A stretch of DNA of 60,830 bases, filler included, from Sphacelaria rigidula (GCA_964200075.2; 10 parts of 10 records of this genome joined end to end with filler, not necessarily neighbours in it); one strand, 5' to 3'; shown: positions 1 to 13,015, counted from the whole stretch's first letter. The notes: a model not told the origin generated them from the letters alone. Numbers and translations are program-made.

Positions 1-51
1 TCGAGCAACAAATGGCCCAAAATACCCCCCCCCCCTATCGTAGGATGACTC
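1..51 (-). mobile_element. Terminal fragment of a GAGTCATCCTACGATAGGG-TIR MITE, truncated by the contig start
   Basis: Reverse complement matches 5946-5994 and the left end of the complete copy at 21814-22062. Confidence 0.75.
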
Positions 52-742
52 AGACAGCACTCGAAATCGGTGCCCCTTGCCTGTGCTCTACAAACGTTTC
101 GGCATCCGCTCCCAGCGTTGCCCCTGTTGTGCAGCACATCAGCATTGTTCCACATATATACGTTGTCTCAACTTCGTTGGATAACAAGCTTTCGCTCTGC
201 ACTACGCAGTCCGATTTCGCGGTCTACAACCCAAGCTTTGTAAAAGCGTTTGTGCTGCCTTACGCTGCACAGGTTTTGTGCGTATCTGAGAAAATATATA
301 TGTATGTATAATTCTTTTCGTTTTCACACAGCCAGTCGTCCCTCAACTTGTGCTGGGATCATACAGTTATAGCCTGCCCGTGACGCTACACCCGGAACAC
401 GTGTAAGTTGTTCTTCCACGTGCTAACGCTGCTACAGACAATCGGGTCTTCGCTTGTCTTCGACGACATACGTCTGTTCTGTGCACAACCCCGTGCTAGC
501 TATTACTGCCACAACTTGAATAAAGTTCTATTAATCAGACCCCGGACATAGTTGTTACAAACCGCAATTCGCTTGAATAAATTACTCAAGTAAATCAGGC
601 CCCACGGTCCCCTCAGGCGCTATTAGGCTTCCTTTTCCAGTATTTCCGGATACAAGCTTCGGCTTGTGCACTTAGCATCTCTTGGTGTCACGCTCCTTTG
701 ATTAGAACCCGCAGATCAGACATACTGCACCTTCCTTTTTAA

Positions 743-3700
743 GTGCAAAGGCTGCGTACGATCATCATGTCGCACAGAAATAACGCTGGCTCTTCGGGAT
801 CCGAAGACCAACTTTCGAGCAAAGCTCGTTCTTCAAGGCTTGAAGACAAGACATTGACGCCGAGACCTGTTCTCTCACGTTCCGACCCGAACTCAGAGAA
901 CATGGTAGTGCAACCGGCCGAATCATTGCTTCCTGACGAACATATCAGTGAGCCCATAACGATGGATTCCGTCCCACACCCCTCGCTGGCCCCTGCTCTC
1001 CCGAATCCCAATGTGGAACCCGGAGTTAGGATTGTGCCCTCAGTCGAGTCGTTGCCCCTGGACACACGTGTCCAGCTTGGCCCTGTACCGGTTGCTCCAA
1101 CCGTGGCACCCCGTCGCTTGACGGCTGCTAGCTCTCGAGACGACTCTGTCCCGACGAAGCGCATCGCTTCTGGAGCATGGGACTTTGTCTCACGGGCTGC
1201 TTCCGTCACGGACCCCCTTCGCACGACTCTCGATAGTCCCGTGCGCCCTACTGCGTAGTCCAATGTCGGACTGGCAGTTGCAGCCATGCATGCTGCCATG
1301 CAAACTCTGCATCGCACCTCCTCGGCGTCGTCGCCATCGCCAGCTCCAGCCCTCATCGAGGCATTTACGGCTTTTTGCCACGCAACGCTCCAAAATCAAC
1401 CGGCGTCTGCTCATGTGCAATTCGATTATGATTCTGCACCTGTCACGCCCAAACCCGTACGTTTGGCGTCCCGTTCGGCGGCATCGCATCCTCCGTTCGT
1501 CACTCATGATGAATTCAACGAACATGAGTCTAGCCCTTCCTCAACGTCGCAGCAGAGCCTTACTCGCGCTTCTGACCGGCGCCGCACACCAAGACTTGGC
1601 CACGACCACGTCTCCCGTTCGGGCAGTTCTAGGGGCAACTCCCAGCGAAGCTTGGCTTTACCGCGCGTTTCTACACGCCCGAAAAACGTCACTCATGGAT
1701 ACACTTACGACGGTAGTTCACGTCACAGCTCCAACTCACCACGCGCTCTGCAGCGCCAGGTGAATGCTAACAGTGAACATACTCACGAGGATGCCTTGCG
1801 GCAGAGATCACGGTCTCCGCGCGTTAACTCGCGCTCGAAAAACACCGATCATGCACCCTCGCGCATCTCTCCTGCTCAGCAATTGCCACACGGCTGTCAT
1901 GTACGCAACGACAACACTGTACATGCTGATGATATCCAAAAGATATTTTCGGACATGTCACCGACTCTGGAATTCTAAATTGAGGGATCTGGCCGCACCT
2001 CATCGCACAAGCGACGACCCCGCACTGTCCGCGAACCACCGTCCCGTTCCGACGCTGCGCTTATTCGTTCTCTACAACAACGTTTGATAGATCTTGAACG
2101 ACAACTCGCAACAGCAACCATGGACACCAAGTGCACTACCGCTGCTGCTAAGCCTACGAGGGAGACCACCAACGCCGCTCCAACTGCGGCCGCAGCCGCC
2201 ACTACTGAGGTCACTGCGCCTTCTGCCGCAGCCACTGCAGCCACGGTCCCAACTCCTGCTGCCGCCCAGCCTGTAGTCGACACAGATGCGGATAGTGGTC
2301 CCACCACTGGCCCTGTCGAGGACGTCTCCGTGCGCTCGCCTCCTTCGGTGGAGGATCTTCCTCCGCTCGGCGACGAGCACTGCCCCATCGGGCTTCTGTT
2401 GAGGTTATTCAAGGATCGGCCCCGCGCGGAACAAGAAAAGCTCATTCATGACTATGCGTACCAAACCCCGGCGCTAGCCCGCAACATACTAGACCAGCAA
2501 CGCAATGCTGACGAGGCTGCCACCCGCCTCCTTTTGGAGGAACATACTGCCAAGCTGAAGGGTTTTCAGCGACAGGCTTCAATCGCCCAAGCCACCAAGA
2601 CGGCGGCGCACAGGGCATTGCAGGAAGGGCAGACTGCAGCCTTGTCGGCACAAAGGAGGGTCCGCGAGCTACAAGATCATGTTCGGCGCACCACGCAAGA
2701 AGCAGATTTGTCAATGGCGCGGGTGACTCACCATCAAGCCACCCCGCCGCCTTCCGCCGACCACTTGCTTGACGCTCGACCTCCTCGACAGCCCATGCCC
2801 ACCAGGTCGGACTTCGTGATACTACGTAAGTCCGACAGGGCGTCATCTGTCGCGGCCGCCGCCGCCCCCACGCCGCCTCGTGAAAGTGGACCGGCGGTCA
2901 CTGCCAGCCCCACCACAGGCTTGCAACTTGCATCACACGAACGAGTGTGGCTTTCTCGGTCTGTTGCCGACTATACCGGCCCCTTCCACCGAAACAATCA
3001 CCTGCACTGTTCCCGCCACGCTTGGAACACCATATCCCAAGGCATGTTGGCCGTTATTGGTGGCTACGTGGAACAGGGCAGCTTCTTCCCAGACGACGGC
3101 GTGTCGGCGATCACCTCGGGCCAACTGGTCCTCCAGGCGACAATCGGCGATAGTCCGCATCTTCACCGGCACGTCGACACTGTCACCGACCTTTTTGCGG
3201 CGCTACGCGCCGCTTTTACCTCTGATCCTGCTGCGACTCTCCCCGACGATAACGAAGATGAGGATGAGTGGACCACCACGACCTCCAAGTACCGGGGCCA
3301 CAAAAAGAATCATCGTCGCGATGGCGATGACAACAATTGCGGGAATTCACGCCGCCGCCATGGCGGTGGAGGATCCTCTTCGGGCGGTTCCGGACCAGAC
3401 CGCCCGCCCCGCAAGCCGAAAGGCAAGCACACCGGAGGTAACTCGTCCGGATCATCCGCATCGGCCTGGAGCCGGTCCGGTGCTGATGTTTCGGTCCGCA
3501 TTTTAGCTTTGTCCGATACGGATACACCGACCGTCCTTTGTCTCCTACTGCCGCCCGCGCCTTAGCAACGGCTGCGGCTGACAAAAATCGTTCCGAAGCT
3601 GCAAACAAACAGCTTCCGATAGAGCTGAGTCTACCCGAGTAGCTGCAGTACAGAGACAGTATATTCATATGGATGTGAAAAAACTCTGGCACATCCAAAC

Positions 3701-5014
3701 CATCCCTGCCGCGGATATCGAAGATTCGGGCCAGTTTACTTCTGCCCTTATCACGTCCATCCGCCGTACTGTTGGTAACATCCTTCACTTGGCAGAGGTG
3801 ACTGGCACACAACGTTTTGAAGATTCCGACTGGGTAGAGGGCTGGCAGACTCCCTTGCACAAAGCAATGCATCGATCGATTAGCCGCTGCTCTCCCGACC
3901 TCGCTGCTTCTTTGACGCAGGTTCTCGACGGATTCCTCGCGAAGATGGATCCGGATCGTTCCCAAGGGGAGACAGGCCCGGAATTACTCTCTGATTTGGA
4001 AAAACGTCTCATAGGCTACTTTGACAAAAGCGATCAAGCCAGCGTCATCCAGAGGCTGAGTTCTTTTGTCATCGCATCTGATGTCCCCTTCGCGGATTAC
4101 CTCCGCGAATTTAAGCTTTTGGTTTCGGGTACGACGGGTGTCGGACGCCAGAATGGACCGAGCGATGTAATGTGTCAGACTTATGTCCGCAATAGCGTTG
4201 CTCAACAGTATCCGGCTCTGATGCCGTCGTTGTTCCCGGGTGTCTTGCCGCATCGAGACGTGCCTTACGCCTCCATCGATACTATGCGGTCTGCTTTTGT
4301 ACACCAAGAGGGTAATCTAACGCCTGCCAGACGTGGCAAACCTTCAATGTCTGTGCGTTCACAACCCACGGTTGTGTCCTTCGCTCATGCCCATGGGGCT
4401 CGTGGCAGGAATTCGAGCTCGTCTCGCGCTTCATGGACCCCCGACTCAGTCGCCGGTTCAGTAAGGCATGTTCAGAGTACCAGAGATGCAATTACCGCGA
4501 GTTTTGACGGTTGGCCGTTTTGCGAGGAAACTTGGGATTATTTTATTTGACTTCAACAACGGCATTGATAACCGATGACCCCCATTTGTGGAACCCACTT
4601 CTTTGGTCTTCTGCTAGACGCAATGCCTTCAGCAGTCATGCCAACATTTGCATAAACTGTAGTGTTCAAGGCCACAGCATGCGCGACTGTGAGAGTCCGT
4701 GCATCAATGCCTTCGATCTCATGAACCCTGAATTGCAGGACAATGAACCCGCGTGGCGCCGATGGCAAAAACGCATGCGCAACTATCGTCCACCAACTCG
4801 AAATTACCGCAACAGTTCGAACCAACGTAGCAACAAAAGCTCTAATCGCGGTCGCCGACACAACAACAATCACGGAAGCCCTTGCCAGAACGATCAAAAT
4901 CCTCGCGACAACAAACGTTCTGCTGATAGACACCAGCGGACGGGACCGACACAAAGTTCTAACCCCAACACCAGAAACTGTGGTACCTTCACTACGGATC
5001 GCTTAGATCCATGA
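743..5014 (+). pseudogene. Decayed retrotransposon gag-like ORF with a long low-complexity N-terminus and a CCHC zinc knuckle
   Basis: ORFs 743-1258, 1286-1978 and 2084-3565 share one frame, broken by single stops. Frameshifts lead into 3669-4550 (helical, gag-like FADYLREFKLL) and 4511-5014, which has CINCSVQGHSMRDC (CX2CX4HX4C, 4649-4690) and a basic N/R-rich tail. No introns. Confidence 0.65.
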
Positions 5015-5945
5015 CGTGCCGACGCCGGCGTTCTTCGGTCTTCCACGCCGTCGATAGCACGAGCGAAGAATTTTTCAACACAGCCCGCGGAGTCCGTGTC
5101 AAAAATTGCCCACTCGACTCTCCTGGCACTATCCAGGAGCGTAACTGACGGCCGTTCAAATCGACCCCGTCTTCATCCCTCCATACACCGCGTAACAGTT
5201 GTGTCACCCCGCGATTGAGATCTACACCCGGCACTGAACTTGGCCCTTCAGTACCGACTATAAGTCTGATGTGTGGGAAGACCAACCACCAGTCCCTGAG
5301 GCAACGGCTTCCCTCAGCGACCGCACGCTTAGGTAGCAGCAAGCCTTTTTCAGCTGACCCAAGTGTTGATGATTTGAACCTGACCACATCGGATCATGTA
5401 ATTCCCAATCAGTTCGATCGGGCTCCTTCCCCGCGGTTTTCAAGACGCACGGATCTACCTTCGGCTGTGTTTACTAACAACCGCCCCAACATATCTTCGG
5501 CTATGCCCCAACAGCCAAACTTGCCTACGAAAAGCAGCACACAAATTTCGCTCCGTCATGCCCCGATGCTGACCCCATCCACGCAACTGGACGCAGTTGT
5601 GGTTTCATCCTAAAATGTTTTGGAAGTTCCCCGACCTTTGTCACGGCGAAAGAGAAAGCCCCGTAAGCATGCCCCCAAGGACGCGCGCGCATCATCACGT
5701 ACACCTCTTTCGAGCGGAAATCCTCGACCTCAACCTCTCCAAAATGCGACGACTTTGAGCTCGACGGCTTTATCAAGTATCCCGGAAGAAACATAGTCAC
5801 ATGATTCTGACGGCACTACTTCTTCAATCGAGGGCTCCAGCTCCGCATATCTTGGATCCCCCTTTGACGGTGATCCCTGTCAACCAAAGACGATAATTTA
5901 CGAAATCGCCAATGACCGTGCCACACCTGGAAATAATATACCGTC

Positions 5946-5994
5946 GAGTCATCCTACGATAGGGGGGGGGTATTTTGGGCCATTTTTGCTCGAC
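5946..5994 (+). mobile_element. Terminal fragment of a GAGTCATCCTACGATAGGG-TIR MITE, truncated by the contig end
   Basis: GAGTCATCCTACGATAG(G)nTATTTTGGGCCA matches the start of the 21814-22062 element. Confidence 0.75.
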
Positions 5995-6094
5995 NNNNNN
6001 NNNNNNNNNNNNNNNNNNNNNNNNNNNNNNNNNNNNNNTTAATTAATTAANNNNNNNNNNNNNNNNNNNNNNNNNNNNNNNNNNNNNNNNNNNN
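5995..6094. other. Artificial contig-joining linker; the same linker occurs at 12088-12187, 18181-18280, 24274-24373, 30367-30466, 36460-36559, 42553-42652, 48646-48745 and 54739-54838
   Basis: Identical 100-nt N-run/TTAATTAATTAA/N-run (stops in all six frames) recurring every ~6093 nt; contig lengths are nearly identical, as expected for length-sorted contigs. Confidence 0.98.
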
Positions 6095-6159
6095 AGCAAC
6101 ACGCCACTGTTTCGTTTAGACGCCAGACACGTCATTCCTGACCAGCCCCATTGGTCCCA

Positions 6160-9100
6160 AGGGGTTAATGACAGCACGATAGCCCCTGTGCTGCCACTTG
6201 CAACGATTGAAGAACCCTTGGATGAATTAGGGTGTAGCCGAAAAACAAATCGTGTTTGAATGTCACATCCAGCTACTTCAATGTGGCTATGCACCAGGAC
6301 TCAATTCCGTTGACGGCGATTTGCACGCAGAGCGGTCTGTATGAACGGTTGGCCATGCGGATGGGATGTGGTCAAAGCCCAGGTTGGTACCAGTCCATCA
6401 TGGCATGAATATGTGATGATTTGGAACGATGCCGCCTCTATATTGATGATGTTCGTACTTTCAGCGGAACATGGAAGTAACATGTACTGTAGAGGACTTG
6501 GAAGGTATTTTTCAGGGACTGACCAAGTACAACCTCAAGTTGGCACAGAAAGAGGCACATGTGGGGGCAAAAGAAACTAAATTCTTAGGACATCACATCT
6601 CCGTCGATTGAATTTCCCGGGATCAGGAGAAGGTACAGGCTTTACACAGGATGTCAATGCCCTCTGATGTATCCCAGCCCAGATCGTTGTTGGAAAATTT
6701 GGGATACTGCCGTTAGTTCATTCCGCGGATGGCCGCGAGGATCAAACCTCTAACGCAATCGCTCAAGAAGGGGGTTCGCTCTGAGTTCACCCAAGAACAT
6801 GAATCTACAGTCAGGAAAATGCCATCACCCTCCACAAATACGAATATTTTAGCGTTTCCTGATTCCGATAGAGCAGCGTCGGAAAAGCGACAGTTTATGC
6901 TTACCACGGATGCATCACTGCATGGTCTGGGCGCGGTGGTTGAAGAACGCCAAGAAGATAATACGGTTCGACCTTTCGTTTTTCAAAGCAGAGGAACGCT
7001 TTCCAACGAAATAAATTGGAGTGTGTCCGAATTAGAAGCAGCGGTCATTGTGTGGGCCACCAAAAAGGACAGGTCAGTTTTCTACGGTGTGCCGTTTGAG
7101 GTTTATACTGATCACCAACCGTTGCGGAATATATTGAGCCTTGCAGAAAAGGTTCCGAAAGTTCAGCGCTGACACGACTTCCAAAGTGCGTACACTTACG
7201 AAATAATGTACAAGCCAGGGCGTGTAAACGTGAATGCCGATGTGTTGTCTCGTTTGCCACGGTCGCCGGATGATGATGTGTTTAGGGATGCCCAAATCAC
7301 GGACCCGGAGGACATGGATGTCTATTTCATTGGTGCTGGTGGAGTATGGCCGAGAATTTTTAAAAGCCCGACAAGGGACGGACACAAAGGATCCGCAGTG
7401 AGTACCCACGATTTAAACTTGAATGGGCTGGACCCTGGATCGGTTTTGATAATTGGGAAAAAAGAAGAAAGCGCAGTACCGCTCACGATCTCTGAAAGAG
7501 GTCACCAACAACGGATTGAGCTACAAAGAGCGAGGGGTAGTAGCAATGCAAGTAAAATAGGAAGGGAAAATACGGACAAGTCTTCGTACCTGGTATCGAA
7601 TGACTCCCCGTTCATTTTCTTTCAGATGAGTAACATGGTCAGGGGACAATGGAAACACGGTTAAACCTTGGATGAATCTCCTGTCACGGAACCAGGGAGA
7701 AGATTGATACAGCCTCAGGAACACAGAGCCGTGTCAGTAGTCAAACCCACACAACAGAAGTAAGAAGCAGTAGTGCGGGGCCTCTAATAGCGGTGACTCT
7801 GGAAACGGACGAAGCCAGTCATTTTGGAGAACAGTTATGCCAGAAACCGGCAACAGATTGGGCTCAAATACTGCAGAAAGATCTCACGTCCAAGATTGTC
7901 ATCGAATATTTGAAAAAACGAGTGACGGCGCTGACTAAAGATCAAGTAGGGCGTCCCTACACGAATTGGCTTATCCTAGTTCAAAAGGTTGTTGAAAAAA
8001 AAACACTTTGGGAACTCTCGGACGGAAGTTTTTTATTGGTAAAGAAGCAGGCGTCAATGCCCAGTCAAACGGACCGCAATCCGGGACAATGTGAGAGGTA
8101 CTTGGGAGAGGAGCCAACCAGAACGTATGCGCCACTGCTGTTGAGACCGTGGGTAACGGACCAAATTAAAAAGAAGCAACTTATTTGGGGGAAGGTATCA
8201 CGTTATCTTTGTTGAAATGGTATCACTGGTGCATTGGAACGAAGACAGTGTAAAATCCTGGATCAGGCGATGTTATACATGTCAAGCTCGGAAAAATCCG
8301 AGGCATACGGTGAATTGGCCACTTATTCCCTCACCACTACCGCGTCAACCAGGACAGATGGTTTCGTTTGGTATGATGGGTCCATTGCCGAAAGCAACGA
8401 GAAAAAACACCTGCATTCTTTTGATCGTGTATATACTTATTAGGCATGCAGAAGCTTATGCTCTTTACCAAAGAAGAAAAACTGCGGAAGATTGTGCGGG
8501 AATTTCAGCGCACGACTACATGTCAAGATGGGGATGTCCTCGCACGTTACTGTCGGGTCGAGGGACGGAATTTACGGGAAAAGTTTAAAGGGTTTGTCTA
8601 TGAGATGTCGGGAGCCGTGAAACGATACACAAGTGCGTACCATCCACAAACGAACGGAATGGTGGAGCCACTGAACCGCACGTTGTGTCAGATGTTGTCG
8701 TTTCTAATGGCAGATGACTCGAAAGACTGAGACAAGCTGCTGTCACAGGCAATTTCTGCACAAAACAATAACTCAAGTAGAGGAATAGGGTTAGCGCCGA
8801 ATGGGGTGCATGTTGGGAGGTATCCCCGGTTACCCGTGACCATCCTGGAAAAGAGGGGTGCGTTTGGACACCAAGGGTTGAAGGCGGACCAACTGGAATC
8901 TTCACAGCTGATGAGGGATCGTCAAACCAAAGCATACGATCTTGTGAGGGAGGAAGACCATCTGTTTATATCCAAACATAGGTCAAACAATAAGCAGGTG
9001 AAAAGAGCTCTGAATCGACGGCCAAAGTGGGAAGTAGGTGACTGAGTATTTGTTCATGATACCAAGGGTACTATCATGTCGGGTGGAAGTGCGGTACGCG

Positions 9101-9977
9101 AAGGGGGAAATAAATTTTTAGCGTCTAAACCGCCTCACTGGTGGAAGGGACCGTACAAAATCTTGGTGGTAGGACCACGTATTTCGGGAAAGGGAGAGCT
9201 AGTAGGAGAAAAACTACTGTTGAATGAAATCCGGAAAAATGAGCCTGGAGTAATTATGAGTCCCCGAGTTTCTGTCTCGAGATGTAAGCGGTGCTACAAT
9301 CCTGAAGATCATCGGGAGCCGCCGAAATCTTCACCCTGGGGCCTAAGTCAATATGCGTTCAATTAGTACTCTGAATTGTCACCTCCGTTACACCTAACAG
9401 AGGAGGATGTGTCGGTACGGTTGGACACGTACAGGCTGAAGCCCACACACACTGTGAGCCACCGCTTATCCCACGGTCTGGTTGGAAAACTCGCAGTACG
9501 ATATTTAATATATTGGGAAATTTTGGAAAGATCCAGGTGGGTTCGTGGGAAGGATGTAAAACAATATGGTCGATTGATTTCGACATACTGGATGGGGAAC
9601 CCGAAGCTAGAAAAGCCTGATAATGCCATACATCACAAGTATCGTGTTAATTTGGAAAGACGGGCGAAAGCTCGGGAACGAGGACGAATGTTTGTGGCCA
9701 AAGGATATGAACTCAGAAGTAATGCTTGTGCTGGCCCTCACGTCCATGACCCGCAACTTGTTGGCTGCTATATCTATTACCGAGTGCAAAAAGCAGGGTG
9801 ACAATTGTAACAGTACAGGTTATGGGCCTCCAGGAGAATGCGGCGCTACAGAGTCGCCCGCATACTCTGAGAATGTTGGACCTCGGAAAGAGGTACAATG
9901 TTCGTCTTTTGATGGAAAAATTGAACACCTCCCGGAGCCAAGTAGGGGACTGGTGCTTGCATTACCATGCACAATAG
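6160..9977 (+). mobile_element. Degenerate Ty3/Gypsy (chromovirus-type) LTR retrotransposon pol: RT, RNase H, integrase, chromodomain
   Basis: RT: LPLATIEEPLDEL, TAICTQSGLYE, YIDD (6439-6450), KFLGHHIS. RNase H: LTTDASLHGLGAV, SVSELEAAVIVWA, FEVYTDHQPL, YKPGRVNVNADVLSR. Integrase: CYTCQ, MMGPLP, TSAYHPQTNGMVEPLNRTL, WKGPYKIL. Chromodomain-like: SHRL...RYLIYWE...RW...LISTYW. RT-RH-IN order is the Gypsy order. Many stops and frameshifts. Confidence 0.93.
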
Positions 9978-11653
9978 GGGACTTCAAAATTCTGTGCACA
10001 CACGCTGTAGCTTGGAGGGCTCTAGGAGGTCATTGAACATCATCGGATCTAAAAACGGATATCAGAGGATTGTAGATGATTTGGGTGGTTTGGCATCGGT
10101 ATACAACAACGAGAAGGAGATGAAGCTGCGCCAGGAGAACGATAAAATGGCGTGTATGATTCTCTTTTCTTAGTTCGAATATTTTTCTCCGTGTTACTCT
10201 GAAGTTGGCTGTTGAAATCATTGTGTGGGTTGAACACAGGCAACGATTACAATGAAGATAACCAATTTGTGAAGTATCGTGTGCGGAAGGTATGGTGAAA
10301 AAAAGGATCTCACGTTTTTTTTTAGTTTCTCTTTTCTAACTTGAACGTTTCGGGGCCGACCCCCCACTAACACGGGGTTGATCATGTGTTCGTGGAATAT
10401 TAAAAAATAAGTCAGGGAGCGACCTGCCCAATCACGGCGAGGCGAAATTCATCGACCAGACCCGAATGACCAGCTCGGGGACTGTTACCGAGAGTGATGC
10501 CACTGCAACGATCGTGTGGGGGGGGGGGGCTGTTTCTGGCCCAGAGAAGCCTTCCCACGTATAAAAATCCCGGATGCTCGGGAAATGGTTTCTCGTGGTA
10601 CTTGCAGTCAGCATACCGTTCCCGGGATTTCCGGGGAGCTTTTTTGAGTCACCAGCCGACACTAGAACGTAGTAATTGCACACAGGGTGAAGGGGGGGGG
10701 ACGGGAAATAGTGTACATGCCGCAACGTGGTCACTTTCACGAGGCACTAGAACCAGGTGGGCCGTGGAAAGACAAAAGAGCTATCGTCATGAATTCTGCC
10801 TTTCCCTCTGCCGACGCCTTGCAGAACACTGTAAACATGTATGTAGTGGGCGGGGATGAAGAAGCGGTAAATAGGCAGTTGCTCTCGGTACCTGAGAACT
10901 CCCCAGAACGTGCAAGGGAGTATGCAGAGGCACCTACTGCTGCAGTCGGAGAGGCGTACTGCACTGTACTGTCCTGCCTGTATGCACGTGTACCGCAACG
11001 CCCATAAGCTTCGAAGATAATTTGCCGCATGCGACAAACAGGGGAATGGCGGCCCATCGCGACCGCAAAGGGCTTTGTGGCAAGGTGAGGGGGACAACAA
11101 TATCATCCAAAGCCACAAGTGGCGGACGGCCCGCCGGTCGTCGCATACTGTCGAGAGCTCTCTCCGGCGACTCATACTGCTTGCTACGAGCTGGGGCAGC
11201 CTAGAAGCGAGTTTACAGTTCGCAGGCCCCTTCGTCGGCCAATATTCGAAGTTGGATCCTCAAATTTGGAATGGACAACACATAGGGCATGATGACGAGA
11301 ATTACCTCTACACAAAAAGTTATTCTCAATGAGTTAAGGGTGTTTTACTGAAACTGGTTATTGCCCTCAACTCATGAAAAACAAAAAACAAATTGTGCAA
11401 AAATGGGGGGTTTTATTATGCCCTATTCACTGTCCATACCAAATTTTAGGGTCTAACTCCAAACACTGGCCGACTGATGGGCCGTTTAGTATTATAACCG
11501 TGTCAGTAGAAAAAAATCGGAACAGTACTTTACAGGCCACTTACCGGCCCACGCGTGGTGTTCGTGTATTAAAATCTTCACACGTCGGACGAGCACGAGT
11601 GTGACTCGTGGCACTCGCACTGGTGGGGCTGCTCGTTGGCCGTAAAAGTAAGT

Positions 11654-11940
11654 AGGGCGAGGTCTCGAGTCATTGCTCGTTGTGGAAAAAAAATATATGG
11701 CGAGCACTCGAGTTATTGCTCGTTGTGAAGAAAACTAATAAGGCGAGCACTCGATTCATTGCTCATTGTGGAGAAAATTAATAGGGCGCGCACTCGAGTA
11801 ATTGCTCGTTGTGGAGAAAATTAGTAGGGCGCGCACTTGAGTCATCGCTCGTTGTGAAGAGAATGAGTAGGGCGAGCTCTCGAGTCATTGCTCGTTGTGG
11901 AAAAATTATTAGGGCGAGCACTCGAGTCATTGCTCGTGAT
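11654..11940. repeat. Minisatellite, about 7 copies of a ~43-bp unit (GGGCGAGCACTCGAGTCATTGCTCGTTGTGGARAAAATTARTA)
   Basis: Units start at about 11654, 11698, 11741, 11784, 11827, 11870 and 11912. Confidence 0.9.
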
Positions 11941-12187
11941 GAACGACTTGAGTGGAGGAGTCATCGATCCGAAGAGCAAACAGTTATAATGAGCTCTTCG
12001 ACGATCTTAAACCTAAAAGCTTCAAGTTAATATGCATATCTGCACATGTACAAGCGTCAAGCTCCAAAGCTCGTTTTCATTTTATCCNNNNNNNNNNNNN
12101 NNNNNNNNNNNNNNNNNNNNNNNNNNNNNNNTTAATTAATTAANNNNNNNNNNNNNNNNNNNNNNNNNNNNNNNNNNNNNNNNNNNN

Positions 12188-12229
<42 letters not shown>
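12188..12229. repeat. (AC)n microsatellite at contig start
   Basis: Read directly from the sequence. Confidence 0.95.
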
Positions 12230-12230
<1 letters not shown>

Positions 12231-13015
12231 AGCGGCGACGAGCTAGTTCACCCGGCATTATTTATTTTTCTTTTTTCTCCTTTTTATTTCGTTTTTCCTT
12301 GAATGTACCGTACGTGTGTGGTCTTTTGCCGAACCACGGGTAAGTTGACCAAGAGATGTACTCGGTGCGTGGATCTTGACGCAGAAATCATTCGATTATT
12401 TTGTTTTTTTATCAAGAGAGTGAGTGTGGGGTCCTCTACAAACTCTTGAGGAAATTAACTCAACCACCCCCACTTTTTTTTTTTTTTATTATTTTTTTAT
12501 ATAAANNNNNNNNNNTGAGGAAATTGCCCCCCCCCCCCCCTTTTTTTCTTTCGTAGATATTGTCTGCACCATGTCTTTTAAAATTGAGGCATGTCATTTT
12601 TTTCGTCTCATCGGTTGCGTCGTCATTGGAAAAATGAAATTCCGAGGAAAGAAAGACATTTCCGGTATGCGATGACCGCGGGTCTGACGATTTTGAACTG
12701 GGCCCAAGCATGTATTGATTTGATTGAACGATTGATTGATATATTGTCGTGCATTACCTGACCCGTGGTCACATGATATGAGCAGATATACCCGAGATTA
12801 AATAAAGCGGAAACGCCTGATGAAATAAAATAAAGTGGATGAAAAAGGAAGCGGAAACAAACAGAGTAGATTGAGAAAAACAAACAACAAAACAACAAAC
12901 ATACTCGTGCAGACAAAAGTGAATACTCCTATTAATATGAAGATATAATATGCTTACAGTATACATGCCATGAAAAAAAAAAAAAACGAGGAACAAATAT
13001 CCTTATACGTTGAAA

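Noticed and set aside
682..700. Primer-binding site TGGTGTCA after a putative LTR
   Set aside because: Only about 8 nt resemble a tRNA 3' end and the LTR boundary cannot be verified.
1..5994. Contig 1 as a single ITR-bounded element (DIRS- or Polinton-like)
   Set aside because: The complete MITE at 21814-22062 shows the GAGTC termini face inward, so these are ends of two flanking MITEs. No recombinase, RT or polymerase motifs were seen.
743..9977. gag (contig 1) and pol (contig 2) as one retrotransposon
   Set aside because: They are separated by an artificial linker between length-sorted contigs, so adjacency is not evidence.
10687..10720. Polypurine tract followed by TG as the 3' LTR start
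   Set aside because: Plausible, but there is no second LTR in the contig to confirm it and other G-runs lie nearby.
11654..11940. CRISPR array
   Set aside because: The linkers are short and homologous to each other, not unique spacers; the context is eukaryotic and there are no cas genes.
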